Shown: in pieces, positions 60,701 through 64,000 of the stretch | Layout: each line of letters opens with the position of its first letter | How positions within the stretch are numbered: position 1 is the stretch's first letter | Origin: Eledone cirrhosa | Taxonomy: Eukaryota | Direction: 5' to 3' | Assembly: GCA_964016885.1 (NCBI GenBank) | Contig: OZ024746.1 | Span: 18,600,001-18,664,000 of the forward strand | DNA length: 64,000 nt | The notes under the pieces: generated by a model | The model's input: only the letters and a program-made list of their open reading frames with translations | What the model was told of the DNA's origin: nothing | Databases searched by the model: none | Translations under genes and position numbers: made by a program

Positions 60701-63672
60701 TTTTAAGTTACCAAATTACTTATATTAGCTCTTCCAGTTTCACAGAGAAGTTATTATCATTTAACATCTACTTTTCTCTGCTGACATTGGTTGGATGGGT
60801 TATCATAGATTAAATCTGTACCTAATCAGAGCTTCTGACTTCAGATAGGCCAGGGGTATACATCTCACTTACATATGTATCAGCCCTTTATAGAGTGCAC
60901 TGTTTTCATTTTATTGTGAAACTGGCATTTTAGTGGCTTTATTGCCTTGAATTTCTTGTGTATTCTTATTTTATTTGTGTGTAAGTATCATTTCTAGTAA
61001 GGCAGCGAATTGGCAGATTTGTTGTGGTATTTGTTCTGGCTCTCTTCTCTCTGAGTTCAAATCCTGCTGAGGTCATCCTTTCGAGGTTGATAAAAAAAGT
61101 ACCAGTCTAGTACTGGGGTCGATTCTTCCTCTATATCTCTTTCTCGCTTCCATTCTCTCACTCTCTACCCTTCTCCAGAAGAAACCTGAAGAGGAGATGG
61201 TTTCCACCAAGCTTAAAAATGTTCCAGAAATACTGTATCTCTATACAGTGATCCTATGATTTCTTCAGGAGTTATGGGACAATGCATGCATCATTTGTAG
61301 TATTTACACACAGTATCTAAGTATTAGCCAGTGTTGGAAAATGTAATTGCTTTGTTGAAACTTTGTTTTGTATCTTTGTAGATGATTCTAGATCAGCATC
61401 AAGCAGATGAAGCTGAGATGATGCGCCAACAACAGCTTGCAATTATGCAACAGCAACAAGAAGCTGCACAGAAAGAAGAACAGCAAAAATTTATGCATCA
61501 CCAAATGCAATCAGGTAACCAATCAAAGTCCAATCTAGGGCCTTCTCATTCCTGTTGGAAGAACCCTTCCCTGGTTGACCCACACCACTTTCTGTTTGGT
61601 TTTGGTCATTATTATTGCTTATTATATATATTTAACATAATTTACTTAGTATTCGAATATACATGTTTTGGAAATAAGAGGTTTTTTTCCCCAATTAAAA
61701 CAAATTCTTCATTCAAAACAATTTTTTCCTGTTCAAAAAACATAAAAATTATTTTCCCTCAATATTTTATGTTAGGGTAATGTTATTTACATGGTGTTGT
61801 AATTAGAATAGAATATTTTAAATGCCTTAAAAGATGGTTCTTTCACAGAACCAGCAATACCTGATTAAATATATTGTAATAGTTTTGTATATATGTGTTG
61901 AACAATGAAAACAAAAGGCAAAGATTGGTGATTAATCAGTTTATTGTTTTACAATTGTTCCAGAAAGTTGATTGATTATGATAAATCGATATATTGACTA
62001 ATCGATAGTGGTTATGTCACCACATATTACAGGTCTCGATATTCTAGATCCATCTCACCATCTTCCTCAGAAACAATGTTTGTTTTGCTAGTTGATATCC
62101 TTATGAAATTGATAAAATAAATGGTCGATTCTGTTGGGTTGTACCTTTTTTTAATACAAGTTTTAGCATTGCACCAAAGGAGGCGCACGGCCTAGTGGTA
62201 AAGGTGTTACGTTCTTGAGCAAAACATTTCATTTCACAATGCTCCAGTATATTCAGCTGAAAATGAGTACCAGCAATAGCTGGGGGGTTTTAATCCTGTA
62301 ATAACCAGGCATTCTGTCCAGGGATGAGTCTTGTACTCTCAGTCCCTTCATGCCATGGAAACAAGGATAAGCACTGGCCAGATGAGCCTCTTATCTCAAT
62401 ACAGACTTTAACGCTGCAATGGACTGGTGTCCTGTCCCAGAGAAGAGTCTGGTACTCTCAGTTGCTTCACACCACAGAAAACAGGATAAGCACTGGCCTG
62501 ATAAGCCTCTGGACTCAAGACAATTTTATTAAAGCAATGTAATAAATTGCACCAATGTAGGAAATCAATGTTTGAAGTATTTTCCATTTTATCTCTTGTA
62601 GCTCAAATGATGCCTATTCCACCACCCCCACCTCCTCAAAGTTCAGAGAATCAGCTTCCACCTCCACAGTTTGTCACCCAGGCTAGTGGTCCACCACCAC
62701 CACCTCCTCCTCCACCACCACCACCACCAACATCAGGGTTGCAGCCACCAGGTCCTCCACAGAGTATGGCACCGCCACCCCCTCCCCCTCCCTCCCTCCA
62801 AGGCATTCCTCCACCTCCCCAGGGCATTCCTCCTCCACCACCTCCACAAGGTATCCCGTCTCCCCATCAAGGAGTTCCGCCTCCTCAAGGAATACCACCA
62901 CCACCTCCACCTCAGATGGCAGGTAATCTCCCAAATCAGCCCCCACCCCAGCAGCAGAGTATCCCTCCTCCTCCACCGCCATCATTGCAGCCTCCAATGT
63001 CTTTGTTGACTGGTCAGCCTAGTGTACCAATAGTTTCAGCAACATCAGCTCCAGGAATTTCACCCAGTGGAAATATCATTGCAGCTCAGTCTACAATTAC
63101 ATCTCATACTACTACATCAATAGATTCAAAACCTCAAGTGAGTCTGAACAACTTCATCTTTTTAATTCCTACCTCTCTCATCCAACACATTCCAGCTATT
63201 CAACTACAACTATATACCTTGTTTATAAGTGAATGCTTGAATTTAATTATATCATTACACAGAGTTCAGTTTAAATGAAATTGCAGATGTAGTCTTTAAG
63301 TTGTAATCATAGCTTATTGGTTTTTTTAATTAAGCTATATACACCATTTTAGGAGCCATTAAGAAGGCTATAGACATATTCTTTCTCTTTTGAACTAAAA
63401 AATAGAAACAATTAGGTCTTTGTTAAACAGTAATCAACTCTGTTGATGAAACTTAATTTAAAAAAAAATTTTCATAGACTTGAGCTGCTAGGTATCTATT
63501 TAAAATAGTTACTAATGTCTTAGTATTTTACTTTTTCTCCTTTAACATCAGCAGCCTTCTGAACGACAGCAAAAAGAAATAAAACTGCCCCAGGCTTTGG
63601 AAAAGATTCTTGCTTTTATGGATGTACGTGCCCAAGAAATAGGGACAGTGCCAGAAGATTCAGATAAAGCTG
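57709..63672 (+). CDS. SF3B2: Splicing factor 3B subunit 2 (SAP145), N-terminal Q/P-rich part; gene continues beyond the window
   Basis: Exons 57709-57725 (GC donor; a GT at 57720 is also in frame), 58938-59007, 59900-60190, 61382-61514, 62602-63137 and 63552-63672 have consistent phases. A Q-rich and polyproline N-terminus is followed by KLPQALEKILAF, matching the KIPQALEKIL segment I recall from vertebrate SF3B2. An in-frame TGA at 57697 lies upstream of ATG 57709. Confidence 0.8.
58190..58650 (-). mobile_element. Tc1/mariner-superfamily transposase N-terminal (HTH) remnant
   Basis: Reads HSDVEIAYFLKVAQSFVVKVHKEL...NTIRTPIFV, then NPRKSISAIDKELNV, with stops. Confidence 0.6.
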
Positions 63673-64000
63673 GTAAGACCTTTGAGGTTGTTTTTTAACA
63701 ATGTCATCATAATTTGGTGTACCAGAAATGTGTTTGTAAAAGCTGCTAAATCAATGCAATATTAGATTTTAGTTGAAATTGGTGATATCTATTGATTCAT
63801 TATATACCAGTAGATGCCAAACATCAACAACCCTCTAAGTGATAGTAAATATATATGGTGGGGTGTGGTTTGAGGAAAATTTGACTGTTGTTTCTAGCAG
63901 AGCAAGTGAATACAAAGAGGTACCCTTATGTTTTTTTTAATCAAGTGACAAGATTCCTGACCTGACTCCCTTACTGAGTGGGACGGAACTTGTCAGATCA

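Noticed and set aside
62671-63009. His-rich and antisense ORFs over the SF3B2 polyproline exon
   Set aside because: Alternative frames of CCA/CCT-rich codons.

Overview
AT-rich, repeat-dense eukaryotic DNA, most consistent with a coleoid cephalopod (octopus-like). This is an inference from the (TA)n microsatellites, the tRNA-derived Nin- and CORE/Meta-type SINEs, RTE LINEs with (GAT)n tails and a C2H2 zinc-finger relic. Three spliced + strand genes can be rebuilt by hand with consistent splice phases: a 3-exon claudin/PMP22-family gene (15148-22655, 214 aa), a complete 21-exon UNC-45 myosin co-chaperone gene (29967-51969, 946 aa), and the 5' part of SF3B2/SAP145 (57709 to beyond the window end). 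Between and inside them lie RTE, CRE-like and CR1-like LINE fragments, many SINEs, Tc1/mariner/pogo-type remnants, Penelope-like fragments with minimal hammerhead ribozymes, minisatellites and a C2H2-ZNF pseudogene. The most intriguing unexplained signal is a shared TCTACYTAAG motif about 30 nt upstream of a TATA-like box, resembling an snRNA-type (type 3 Pol III) promoter. It precedes an unidentified, highly structured ~380-nt minus-strand RNA candidate (55.35-55.73 kb) and also occurs as a divergent pair at 0.4/1.1 kb, one arm of which leads to a ~70-85-nt stem-closed RNA candidate. All coordinates were read by eye and no database searches were run.
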